From assembly GCA_043814095.1 (NCBI GenBank), contig JBDRKI010000099.1, positions 12,342 through 76,341 of the forward strand: DNA of 64,000 bases. Direction: 5' to 3'. The notes beneath the pieces were generated by a model. The model searched no databases. It was not told the DNA's origin and worked only from the letters and a program-made list of their open reading frames with translations. This document shows positions 9,587 to 18,632 of this stretch, in pieces (within the stretch, counting starts at the first letter, position 1; every line of letters starts with the position of its first letter). Position numbers and translations under genes: made by a program. This stretch comes from Armatimonadota bacterium (GTDB lineage Bacteria; Vulcanimicrobiota; JACPDS01; JBDRKI01).

Positions 9587-10369
9587 TTATTTTCCGACTA
9601 TTCCCAGCCTTGACGGATTATTTAAAAAATCTACCAAATGGCGGACTTCTTTGTCTGAATTAAGATTGCTGTTAATTTCATCAACAGCCTGACCTATATT
9701 GAGTTTGGAATCCATAATATATTTGTACGCTTTTTTAAGCTCTTTTCTTCCTTTTTCGTCAATGCCTTTACGCGCCAATCCCCTGTAGTTTATACCGTAA
9801 AGTTTGATAGGCTGGCCGTCAGCGATTGAAAAAGGAGGCACGTCTTTTACTACCTTGGAAAAACCGCCTACCATTGCCATCTTGCCTATTTTGGCAAACT
9901 GGTGGATACCCGTCATACCGCCTATAACGGCATGATCTTCCACTTCAACATGACCGGAAAGCCCTGTTGAATTGGCGATTACTATGCCGCTGCCGAGCAC
10001 GCAGTTGTGTGCCACGTGCACAAAAGCCATAAGCATATTATCGTTTCCGATAACTGTCTTTCCGCCTTCGTCCGCGGCCCTGTGAACGGTTATGAATTCG
10101 CGCAGTATATTATTGTCGCCTATCTCAACATAGCTTTCAAAATCCTTGTATTTTAAATCCTGGGGGGGAGCGCCTATAACGGATGAGACCCCTATCTTGT
10201 TGTTACTGCCTATTTTAGTCCATCCCTCTATAACACAGTGAGAAGCTATTTTGGTATTATCGCCTATTATGACATTTTTCCCGATTATGGAATAAGGGCC
10301 TACCTCTACTCCCTTGCCTAATTTGGCCCCTTGATCAATGATAGCCGTAGGGTGTATCACTTGCTTCAC
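9587..10369 (-). CDS. lpxA: Acyl-ACP:UDP-N-acetylglucosamine O-acyltransferase
   Basis: 260 aa with left-handed beta-helix hexapeptide repeats. The N-terminus IHPTAIIDQGAKLGKGVEVGPYSIIG is typical of LpxA. Confidence 0.85.
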   Translation of the reverse strand: MKQVIHPTAIIDQGAKLGKGVEVGPYSIIGKNVIIGDNTKIASHCVIEGWTKIGSNNKIGVSSVIGAPPQDLKYKDFESYVEIGDNNILREFITVHRAADEGGKTVIGNDNMLMAFVHVAHNCVLGSGIVIANSTGLSGHVEVEDHAVIGGMTGIHQFAKIGKMAMVGGFSKVVKDVPPFSIADGQPIKLYGINYRGLARKGIDEKGRKELKKAYKYIMDSKLNIGQAVDEINSNLNSDKEVRHLVDFLNNPSRLGIVGK

Positions 10370-10370
10370 C

Positions 10371-11354
10371 TCAATTTTTTGTCATGGCCAGATATTCTTC
10401 AGCAAGCTCTCTGTTGCGTTTTACCGTTTTCATGGAGCTTACAATCTGCATGGCCAGCTCCAGCGCGCGTTTGCCGTCTTCCCCCGAAACCATGGGGGTT
10501 TTATGCTGTGACACGCATTCTATGAAATGAGCCAGCTCCAGGCGCAGAGGTTCGTCTTTCTCAACATATATATGCTCAAATGTATTGGGTTTGCCGTTCA
10601 TGGGCGGTTTCATTAAAGTTACCGCCTGGTTTATAAAATCAAGAAGCAGGGTCCTGCCGTTCTCAATAACCTTCATCTGCCTTAGCTTCTCACCGCTTAC
10701 CCTGGAGGATAAAAGCTGGGCGACACAGCCGTTTTTAAATGTGATCTTCACTATCGCCAGATCCTCAAAATCAGAGTATACGGATATCCCTGTTGCCTGA
10801 ATCTCCTTAATATCCGATTTAACAATATTAAGAAGTATATCAAGATCATGAACCATTAAATCCCAGACAATGCCCACGTCTAAATTCCTGTTTGTGGGGA
10901 AAGACATTCTCTGGGCTTCAATAAATAAAGGTTCGTTTATAAGTTTTTTAAACATCAGCATCGCGGGATTAAACCTCTCCAGGTGGCCTACCTGCAGAAT
11001 CATGTCTTTGCCGTTTGCCATATCTATTAATTCTTTGGCCTGACTCAAATCGGTTGTTATAGGTTTTTCAATCATTACATGTATATTTCTGCTTAAAAAA
11101 TCTTTGGCAATCTGATGGTGAAGATTTGTCGGAACTGCAATATTGACGGCGTCTACTTTTGCAAAAAGATCCTTATAATCAACGTAATAATCGGTCTGCA
11201 GCTTTCTCGCGACTCCTTCGCCGAGATCTTTCTGAATATCAACAAGGCCGGTCAGCTCAACATTTTCCATTTCCGAATATATTCTGGCGTGGTGCCTGCC
11301 CATGTTGCCTACACCTATAACACCAACTCTGATTTTATTACTCAAAGCGTTCAC
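10371..11354 (-). CDS. Gfo/Idh/MocA family NAD(P)-dependent oxidoreductase, GnnA-like candidate (UDP-GlcNAc 3-dehydrogenase)
   Basis: Rossmann N-terminus IRVGVIGVGNMGRHHARIY. The gene sits inside the lpx operon between lpxC-fabZ and lpxA. Confidence 0.55.
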   Translation of the reverse strand: MNALSNKIRVGVIGVGNMGRHHARIYSEMENVELTGLVDIQKDLGEGVARKLQTDYYVDYKDLFAKVDAVNIAVPTNLHHQIAKDFLSRNIHVMIEKPITTDLSQAKELIDMANGKDMILQVGHLERFNPAMLMFKKLINEPLFIEAQRMSFPTNRNLDVGIVWDLMVHDLDILLNIVKSDIKEIQATGISVYSDFEDLAIVKITFKNGCVAQLLSSRVSGEKLRQMKVIENGRTLLLDFINQAVTLMKPPMNGKPNTFEHIYVEKDEPLRLELAHFIECVSQHKTPMVSGEDGKRALELAMQIVSSMKTVKRNRELAEEYLAMTKN

Positions 11355-11446
11355 CTCTGCTTAAACAGCGTATTTTTCCCGTATATTGTGATTATTATCT
11401 TACAAAAGATATCTTATGTCAATATTAAAATATATTATTATATCTC

Positions 11447-12712
11447 TTATTTTTCCACCACGAGGGCAAACATAAGTTCGCCTTCAGCCACCACCTTGTC
11501 TTCCACTTTAGCGATGACTTTAACCTTGCCCATCTGGTTGCTTCTTAAGCTGATAACATCGGCCTCAATTAAAAGCTGGTCTCCCGGAACAACGGCTTTT
11601 CTGAATTTTACCTTGTCTATCCCGGCAAAGAAAGGGGTTATTTTTTTGTCTCTGCGCCCGTTTAAAAGCATAATGCCGCCCACCTGGGCCATTGCCTCAA
11701 TAATTAAAACACCCGGCATAATCGGATTCCCGGGGAAATGACCGTTAAAGAACGGCTCGTTTATCGTTACGTTTTTTATCCCGACAGACCTTTTATCGTT
11801 CTCAAGCTCAAGAATCCTGTCCACCAGCAAAAACGGATAACGGTGCGGTAAAATACCGAATATCTCTTTAATATTAATGTCAGCCACTGTACCCTCCTTA
11901 ACCACAGGCAGTCTTTTGATAAAATCAATATCCAGACTATGGCTGGATTTATAAGCGTAAATATGCGCCTTAAGCGGTTTTCCCAAAACGGCCAGATCTC
12001 CGATAAGGTCCAGTCCTTTATGGCGGACAATCTCGTCATCAAAACGGAGTTTGGTCATTATACTATCCTGTTTTATAACCACTGCGTTATCAAGAGAGCC
12101 GCCAAGAGCCAGATTTCTTTCCTTTAAGCTCTCTACTTCCTCCCAGAAACCAAAAGTTCTCGCGGGAGCAACTTCGGAAAGAAAATCATTTTTTTCCTTA
12201 ATAAAATCAAAACTCTGGGCACCTACCATGGGATGGTTAAAATTTACCAGAGTTGTAATTTTCAGTTCATCCGCGGGATGAGCGGTTATGAAAGAGTCGC
12301 CCTTTTTAAACGAGAACGGCTCTTTTATTATAAGATAGGATTTATCGGCGTTCTGTTCAAGCAGATGAGATTTTATCTCGGCGGCAAAAGGAAGAGCACT
12401 CCCGTCTAAAGCCGGTATTTCTTCGCCGCTTACCTCTATAAGCAGGTTATCAACCCCGTAAGCGTAAAGCGCCGCCAGAAGATGTTCCACCGTCCTGACA
12501 TTACAGTTTTTTGTTCCTACGGATACGGAACGAACTGTAGACAATACACCAGCCGGACACAATTCAATCTCGGGCGTTCCTGGAAGATCTACACGTTTAA
12601 ATTTAATGCCGTAATTTTCTTCCCTGGGAATCAATCTGACTTTTACCTCTGTACCCGAGTGAAGGCCTATGCCGGAAAATTCCAGTTCTTGTTTTAATGT
12701 TTTCTGCTTCAT
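11447..12712 (-). CDS. lpxC-fabZ: Bifunctional UDP-3-O-acyl-GlcNAc deacetylase / 3-hydroxyacyl-ACP dehydratase (LpxC-FabZ fusion)
   Basis: The N-terminal part is LpxC-like ([21 protein letters not shown]...). The C-terminal ~140 aa are FabZ-like ([22 protein letters not shown]). Confidence 0.85.
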   Translation of the reverse strand: MKQKTLKQELEFSGIGLHSGTEVKVRLIPREENYGIKFKRVDLPGTPEIELCPAGVLSTVRSVSVGTKNCNVRTVEHLLAALYAYGVDNLLIEVSGEEIPALDGSALPFAAEIKSHLLEQNADKSYLIIKEPFSFKKGDSFITAHPADELKITTLVNFNHPMVGAQSFDFIKEKNDFLSEVAPARTFGFWEEVESLKERNLALGGSLDNAVVIKQDSIMTKLRFDDEIVRHKGLDLIGDLAVLGKPLKAHIYAYKSSHSLDIDFIKRLPVVKEGTVADINIKEIFGILPHRYPFLLVDRILELENDKRSVGIKNVTINEPFFNGHFPGNPIMPGVLIIEAMAQVGGIMLLNGRRDKKITPFFAGIDKVKFRKAVVPGDQLLIEADVISLRSNQMGKVKVIAKVEDKVVAEGELMFALVVEK

Positions 12713-12749
12713 TTTAAACCGTTATTTATTTTGTTTTGATTAGATTGAC

Positions 12750-13784
12750 TTATTTTGCCTTATTTTCAAGTTCTTCTATTCTTTTATTAAAACTTTCAAT
12801 GGTTTTAGAGAGGGATGTCATATATGACTGCATTTTTAATTCTTCCCTGTGGCTCTTTGCGGGGAAACCGCTTACCATGCTTTTGGGTTTTATCTCTTTT
12901 GTAACACCGGCGCGTCCGAGCACCATTGTGTCATGCCCTATCTTCACGTGATCGGATACCCCCACCTGGGCCGCCAGTATAACCCGGTCTCCGACTTTGG
13001 AAGATCCTGCTACACCGGTCATGGCAACGATTATACAATCTTCACCTATCTCAACATTATGTGCTATATGAACAAGGTTGTCTATCTTAGTGCCCCTGCC
13101 TATCCTGGTAGCGCCTGTTGTGGCTCTGTCCACGCAGGTATTTGAACCGATCTCCGCCTCATCTCCTATATGCACGGTGCCGAGCTGGGGTATCTTAAAA
13201 TTCTTAGCGCCTTCCTTAACATAGCCGAAGCCTTCGGAACCTATTACCGCGCCGCTGTATATGATCACACTGCGCCCCATAAAAACCCTGTCAAATATGA
13301 CAGCATTGGGATAGATTACCGTTCCTGCGCCTATTTCAGCGCCTTCACCTATATAAACACCGGCATGAATCTGAACATTATCACCGATAACGGCGCCCTT
13401 ATTAATCACCGCGTTCGGACCCACGGCAACATCTTTGCCGAGCCGCGCTTCAGGGTCTATAACCGCCTTCTCGTGTATGCCGTTAAGAGGCGTTTTTACT
13501 TCAAACAAACCCAAAACTTTCGCAAACGCAAGCTTTGGATCGCCGGCAACAAGAAGGGTCTTGCCCCTAATGTCAGTATATTTAATTTTATTGCTCGCGA
13601 TAATAACGCCTGCCGTGGAGTTTAAGGCCTTCTCAAAATTTCTCGTATCCGCCGCCCAGATGATGGAACTCGGACCGGAAATTTCCACATCATCGCCTTT
13701 TAATTCGGCTTTTATTTCCCGCGCTATTTCGCTTGCTTTAAAAGACATTTCAATACCTTTACTGCAGTTTATTTTTAATTTCAT
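12750..13784 (-). CDS. lpxD: UDP-3-O-acylglucosamine N-acyltransferase
   Basis: 344 aa with beta-helix hexapeptide repeats. It occupies the lpxD position between skp and fabZ. Confidence 0.8.
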   Translation of the reverse strand: MKLKINCSKGIEMSFKASEIAREIKAELKGDDVEISGPSSIIWAADTRNFEKALNSTAGVIIASNKIKYTDIRGKTLLVAGDPKLAFAKVLGLFEVKTPLNGIHEKAVIDPEARLGKDVAVGPNAVINKGAVIGDNVQIHAGVYIGEGAEIGAGTVIYPNAVIFDRVFMGRSVIIYSGAVIGSEGFGYVKEGAKNFKIPQLGTVHIGDEAEIGSNTCVDRATTGATRIGRGTKIDNLVHIAHNVEIGEDCIIVAMTGVAGSSKVGDRVILAAQVGVSDHVKIGHDTMVLGRAGVTKEIKPKSMVSGFPAKSHREELKMQSYMTSLSKTIESFNKRIEELENKAK

Positions 13785-14166
13785 CGGTTATATCTATTCC
13801 GCCGTATTCCACGGCAAAATCCACCACTACAATATTCAGTTTCTTTTTCTTCGCGATTTGCGCAACCACTTCTTCAAGCTTTTCATCAAGAGCGTTGCCT
13901 TTTTCCTTCCATTTTTCGTTCATCTGCTCAATAACCGCCTTTTGTTTGTCCGTTATCTTAGACGGGTCTTTGGGCAGTTTGCCGAGCAGAAGATCGCTCT
14001 CAACCTGGTACTCGCTCATCAAGTCCCTGTATTCCGCCCAGTTGGCAAGAAGCTTATACCTGTTAATAATGCCTGTTTTTAAATTTGCCGGCTTACACCC
14101 GGTGACAGAAATAATAATCCCCATACATATAAACAACACTGCCGCGACTATAACTATTTTTTTCAT
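13759..14166 (-). CDS. Small OmpH/Skp family periplasmic chaperone-like lipoprotein
   Basis: Signal peptide with a lipobox-like Cys (VTGCKP). The C-terminal OmpH-like segment is KKLNIVVVDFAVEYGGIDITDEIKNKL. Confidence 0.5.
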   Translation of the reverse strand: MKKIVIVAAVLFICMGIIISVTGCKPANLKTGIINRYKLLANWAEYRDLMSEYQVESDLLLGKLPKDPSKITDKQKAVIEQMNEKWKEKGNALDEKLEEVVAQIAKKKKLNIVVVDFAVEYGGIDITDEIKNKLQ

Positions 14167-14175
14167 ACGTCCTCC

Positions 14176-15489
14176 TTATTCCATTTCCATAACCTGTTTG
14201 GTCAGATCAACAGCATCTATATCCAGAATATATTCTCCTACAACATAAGATATATTCTCCGGTATTGCGGCTTTTCCGACCTTCTGGCTTATACTGCTTA
14301 TAATCTCGTCGTAAAGACGGTCCCTCTGCTCTTCAAGTATTTCAATCTGTTTTTCCAGTTCTTTCCTTCTTTCGTCAGAAAGCTTGTCCAGAGATTCTTT
14401 TTTATCCATGGCCTTTTCTACAAGCTCTTTTTCCTGCTTTTCAAGCTTTTTCTGCAGTTCAATCCTTTTGTCCTCAAACTGTTTCTCATATTTAGCGGAA
14501 AGCTCTTCAACCTGTTTCTGGTACGCTACTCTTTTTTCTTCCAGTTTCTGCTTGGCATATTTATACTGGGGTGATGAGAGTTCTTTCTTGCTGGAATATT
14601 TCTCATAAAGCCCTTTTCCTTTTATCTGGGCCATAACGTCTTTTTCAAGATCCTCGTTATACCGGGCAACTTCCCGCTCTATTTCATTAACTCTTTTCAG
14701 CTTATATTCTTCAAACTTTTTATCAAGCTGGAGCTGTTTAATTTCCGCAAGGTGCGATTCTCTCGCGTTCAGAGCTTTAAGCTGATTGATCACTTCTTCC
14801 CTTTCCTCGGGCGTTACAGCGTTGTCGCGTTTAAAAACCAGGTTGATTTTTTCATTCTGATTTTTAAGCTGTATTTCCCTCTCGTAAGCGGAAAGTTCCT
14901 GGCGCTGTTTCTCTTTAATACCCCTTAGCTCCTCAGTTAATTTTTTCTGCAGTTCAAGGCGCTTTGCCGCAACCTGTTTTTCCTTAAACGCAATTAAGTC
15001 CTTGACAAACTGGTCCAGGCTCTGCTGGAGCGTCTGGGATGTAACTTTTTTGGGCGGGGCCAGAAGTTCTTCGGGGCTCGGTCCCTGCGATTGAAGTATT
15101 TTTATCTGCTCAACTATCTGGTTTTTTTCTGCTTCCATCTGCGAACCAAGCTCGGCCTGTTCTTTCTGCAGTCTCTTCTGTATCTGGAGCAGCTCTTCAC
15201 CGAGCTGCTGGGCCGCCTGCTGCTGCTTTTTCTCCATCATAACGGCCACGCTCTTTAAGGGGTCAAGCTCCATATCCAGCTGTTCCTGCAGGCCCATAAG
15301 CTGTTCGTTAAGCTTTACAAGCTTATCATAATCAGGATGGGCTTCTATAAGCTTATCCAGTTCAACCACGCCGAATTTACCGTAAGGCATATCCGCGCTG
15401 TTAACGGGGGTTTTAAATATGAAGAAACTGGCGGCAAATACAATGCCGACAAGCACCGTTACTGTTATCGCATATTTTAAAAATCTCAT
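14176..15489 (-). CDS. OmpH/Skp family protein with a roughly 300 aa Lys/Glu/Gln-rich coiled-coil insertion
   Basis: N-terminal TM/signal. The sequence starts and ends like OmpH (GVVELDKLIEAHPDY ... ISYVVGEYILDIDAVDLTKQVM) and has a long heptad-like charged repeat region between. Confidence 0.55.
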   Translation of the reverse strand: MRFLKYAITVTVLVGIVFAASFFIFKTPVNSADMPYGKFGVVELDKLIEAHPDYDKLVKLNEQLMGLQEQLDMELDPLKSVAVMMEKKQQQAAQQLGEELLQIQKRLQKEQAELGSQMEAEKNQIVEQIKILQSQGPSPEELLAPPKKVTSQTLQQSLDQFVKDLIAFKEKQVAAKRLELQKKLTEELRGIKEKQRQELSAYEREIQLKNQNEKINLVFKRDNAVTPEEREEVINQLKALNARESHLAEIKQLQLDKKFEEYKLKRVNEIEREVARYNEDLEKDVMAQIKGKGLYEKYSSKKELSSPQYKYAKQKLEEKRVAYQKQVEELSAKYEKQFEDKRIELQKKLEKQEKELVEKAMDKKESLDKLSDERRKELEKQIEILEEQRDRLYDEIISSISQKVGKAAIPENISYVVGEYILDIDAVDLTKQVMEME

Positions 15490-15518
15490 ATTAACACGAT
15501 CCCTCTATAATCAAACTT

Positions 15519-16343
15519 TTATTTCTCGGTCTGGGCCCTGAATTCCTTAACTACTTCTTCGGTCACATTGACGCCGCCGAACATTATGCTGTTCTTGCTT
15601 AAAATAAGGCTTAATCCCTTATTTTTTGATATCTGCTCAACGACTTTGATAACGGTATCGTTTACTGGAGAATATATTTCCGCTCTTTTCTTGTAAAAAT
15701 CCATCTCATACTGCCTTGTAAGTTTTTCCCTTTCCTTGCTTCCAAGCTTCTTGATCTGCGCTTCAATCTGGCCCTGCAGGCCTTTATAGTAAGCGGCAAG
15801 CTTCTCGTCCGCGTCACGGAACGCTTTTAACCTTCTTATAACTTCCTGATCAAAATATCCCACGGGTGAATTAAATTTCGCAGGAAGAGAGCTTAATTTT
15901 AATTCTTTCTCGCTGCCGACCATTTTAATAACATCATCTGTTATGTCTTTAATCCCGTAAACGGATATCTTTTTGTCAACGACCACGCTCATACCGCTCT
16001 TGCCTGCCACGACTTCTATCGCGGCCTCAACTCTTTCTTTCAGCGGATTTAAAAGAACTGCTCTTTTCTGCTCAAGCTGCTGCTGGTATGTTATAAGGAG
16101 CTCGCTCTGCTTGGCTTTTGACAGGTCTTTTGCTTTTTTGTTGTACAGATCGTAAACTTCTTTAGCGAAAGTTTCATACTGTTTTAACGCGCCGGCAAAT
16201 TTTTCAGACGCGAATATTTTATCCTGATCAACACAGCCCACCTGTGCCGCCGGATTTGATAAGCTTCCTATAAGAAACTTCACACCGAAAATAATACCTA
16301 CAATTACCAGAACTATTACTGCTGCAGTAATAAACTTTTTCAT
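15519..16343 (-). CDS. skp: Tandem-domain OmpH/Skp periplasmic chaperone
   Basis: Signal/TM anchor followed by two successive OmpH-like units. Each ends in (V/I)DxT(D/E)EV(I/V)K-type motifs (DITDDVIKMV; VNVTEEVVKEF). The gene is immediately downstream of bamA. Confidence 0.6.
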   Translation of the reverse strand: MKKFITAAVIVLVIVGIIFGVKFLIGSLSNPAAQVGCVDQDKIFASEKFAGALKQYETFAKEVYDLYNKKAKDLSKAKQSELLITYQQQLEQKRAVLLNPLKERVEAAIEVVAGKSGMSVVVDKKISVYGIKDITDDVIKMVGSEKELKLSSLPAKFNSPVGYFDQEVIRRLKAFRDADEKLAAYYKGLQGQIEAQIKKLGSKEREKLTRQYEMDFYKKRAEIYSPVNDTVIKVVEQISKNKGLSLILSKNSIMFGGVNVTEEVVKEFRAQTEK

Positions 16344-16365
16344 GATTTAAACCTCCTTGTTTTTA

Positions 16366-18495
16366 CTAAAACGACTGTCCCATGCCGATTGAGAACCTGC
16401 CTTTACCGCCGCCCCTTACGGCATAGTCTATCCTTATAACGCCTACTGCCAGGCCGATCTTCTGGAAGACAAGCCTTAAACCAACGCCTACGTCCTTGCG
16501 CAGGGTTGAATCCTGTCCCGGCGACCATGCGTTGCCCGCATCGGCAAAAACCGCGGCCTTTAAAAGATCTATCTTGCCCACTGGGAACCTGTACTCGGCG
16601 TTCGCAAGAAGCATCCTTGAGCCGAATATTGAGTTATCCTCGTAAGCTCTTAAAGTATCAACACCGCCTATGTAAAAATACTCCATTGCCGGGGGTATTC
16701 CCGATATCGCCCCTCCCCACAACCTTAAAGCTATGCTTCTTTCTTTTTTAAGTGGGAAATATCTTCTTATTTCGGCCTGATACTTGCTGAAGTTATAAGA
16801 ACCCTTTAGTGAATTTCCGGCCACCATGCCGGATGTATTTATATAATAACCCTTATAGGGATTAAATACGTCATCTCTTGTGTCATATATGCCGGTAAGG
16901 GATACCGCGTTTAAAGAACCGCTGCCCATGGCTATCGGCGTATATTCCGACGCCGCGCTTTTGTTCATAGCTATGGTTTCCCTTCTTAATCCTATAATGC
17001 CGCGAAGGTCAAGACCCAGCCATCTTCCGTAAGAGACTGTGCCGCCTCCCCTGTGATCGTCATAATAGGAGTACAGGACAGGTTCGGTATCGTATATGGG
17101 CTGTCTCAGTTCCCTGTAAGTACTGTTGAAAACCGAGAAACCTATCTGATCGGCGCGCTTGTTAATCGCCGGCGAATAATAAGATACTGCCCATGAATCT
17201 ATATTGAAGCCCCTCTGCCAGCTTGTTGATATACTCTGGCCGTTTCCTCCCAGATTCCTCATATTGGCGGTAACCCCGCCCGTTAAGCCGCTTCTGGATG
17301 TCGCGCTAACGCCGCCGCCGCCGTAGCCCACGCCGAAGGTAAAGAAGTTATACTTCTTTGGCTCTTTAACTTTCCATATGACTATATATTTGTCGGGAGC
17401 CGAACCCTGCTCTGTTTCTATCTCTATATTGTCAAAAAGCTGCAGGTCCTGGAGATGCCTGTGATCTCTCATTATGCTTTCACTGCGCAGGAACATTCCC
17501 TGCTTCATCTTTAATATGCGCATAATGAAATATGTTTTGGTTTTTACATTGCCGGTTACTTCCACTTTTTCAACGGTAACTTCCGCAACATCAATATTTA
17601 CAATCCCCTTGTCATAATCTATCTGCGGCTGCTGTATGTTGGCAAAATAGTCTTTCTCTTTGTAAAAATCTAAAAGATTCGTAAGATCTTTTGATAGAAC
17701 TTTTTTATTAAAAAGCTCCCCTGGCTTTAAATTTATTATCTTTTTCAGCTTTTCTTCGGAATAGGTTTTATTGCCGGTTATGTTTACTTCCGTTATCATC
17801 ATCGCTTCTCTTATGTCTATCTTTATCTCGCCTTCAGGGGTCCATATTATATCCTTAATATGGTTCGGGAGCCAGTAGCCGAGATCTTCATTATAATAAT
17901 TTCTTATCACCGCAAGGTCGCCGCTTAAAACTTTATTGTTAAGAATCTTACCGATCTTGGTTTCCATAAGAGCCAGAAGTTTATCAGTAGTAACTATTTT
18001 ATTACCGGTTATTTCTATCTCTTTAACTATCGGATTTTCCAGAACCGTGAATACCACCTTTACGCCGTCGTCAAAAGGAACTTCCGAGTAATTTACGTCG
18101 GAGAAGTATCCCATATCCAGGATGGCGCGCCTGTCCCTTATAAGTTTGGGCTCTAGAACAGGATCGCCCGTTTTGGTTATTAAAACATTTTTTATTTCAT
18201 CTGCGGGAATTGCATTATTTCCCTCTATAACAACCGCGGTTACAAGTTTAGGTTTCTCGCTTACCACATCTTCCGGAAGAGGAAGCCCCTCATAAGGGAT
18301 CTCTTCTACGGTTTCTTCTTTATCGGTATCTTCCATGGATGCGGGAAGCTCTTCTTCCGTATGCACCGGCTGGGGAACGGCAGGCTTTTTGTCCTTGTTA
18401 TCCTCGGCCAAAACAGCGCTTGTTATTAACGCGATAACAGCCAGAAGAAGTATCAATATAATTATTTTTGATCTGCCGTATAATAATTTATTCAT
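16366..18495 (-). CDS. bamA: Outer membrane protein assembly factor BamA
   Basis: 709 aa with signal peptide, POTRA-like repeats and a C-terminal beta-barrel ending GQSF. It sits in the conserved position upstream of skp-lpxD. Confidence 0.85.
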   Translation of the reverse strand: MNKLLYGRSKIIILILLLAVIALITSAVLAEDNKDKKPAVPQPVHTEEELPASMEDTDKEETVEEIPYEGLPLPEDVVSEKPKLVTAVVIEGNNAIPADEIKNVLITKTGDPVLEPKLIRDRRAILDMGYFSDVNYSEVPFDDGVKVVFTVLENPIVKEIEITGNKIVTTDKLLALMETKIGKILNNKVLSGDLAVIRNYYNEDLGYWLPNHIKDIIWTPEGEIKIDIREAMMITEVNITGNKTYSEEKLKKIINLKPGELFNKKVLSKDLTNLLDFYKEKDYFANIQQPQIDYDKGIVNIDVAEVTVEKVEVTGNVKTKTYFIMRILKMKQGMFLRSESIMRDHRHLQDLQLFDNIEIETEQGSAPDKYIVIWKVKEPKKYNFFTFGVGYGGGGVSATSRSGLTGGVTANMRNLGGNGQSISTSWQRGFNIDSWAVSYYSPAINKRADQIGFSVFNSTYRELRQPIYDTEPVLYSYYDDHRGGGTVSYGRWLGLDLRGIIGLRRETIAMNKSAASEYTPIAMGSGSLNAVSLTGIYDTRDDVFNPYKGYYINTSGMVAGNSLKGSYNFSKYQAEIRRYFPLKKERSIALRLWGGAISGIPPAMEYFYIGGVDTLRAYEDNSIFGSRMLLANAEYRFPVGKIDLLKAAVFADAGNAWSPGQDSTLRKDVGVGLRLVFQKIGLAVGVIRIDYAVRGGGKGRFSIGMGQSF

Positions 18496-18632
18496 CTTTA
18501 TGCTCCTTGATTATGTAAAAGTTTGCCGTTATATTGCATGTGTAGCAAAAAAGTCTTTTATCTTTCTATAAGTTATACCACAATCCTCTTAATATATCAA
18601 TATCTAATATATTATAATAAATTAGCACTGTT

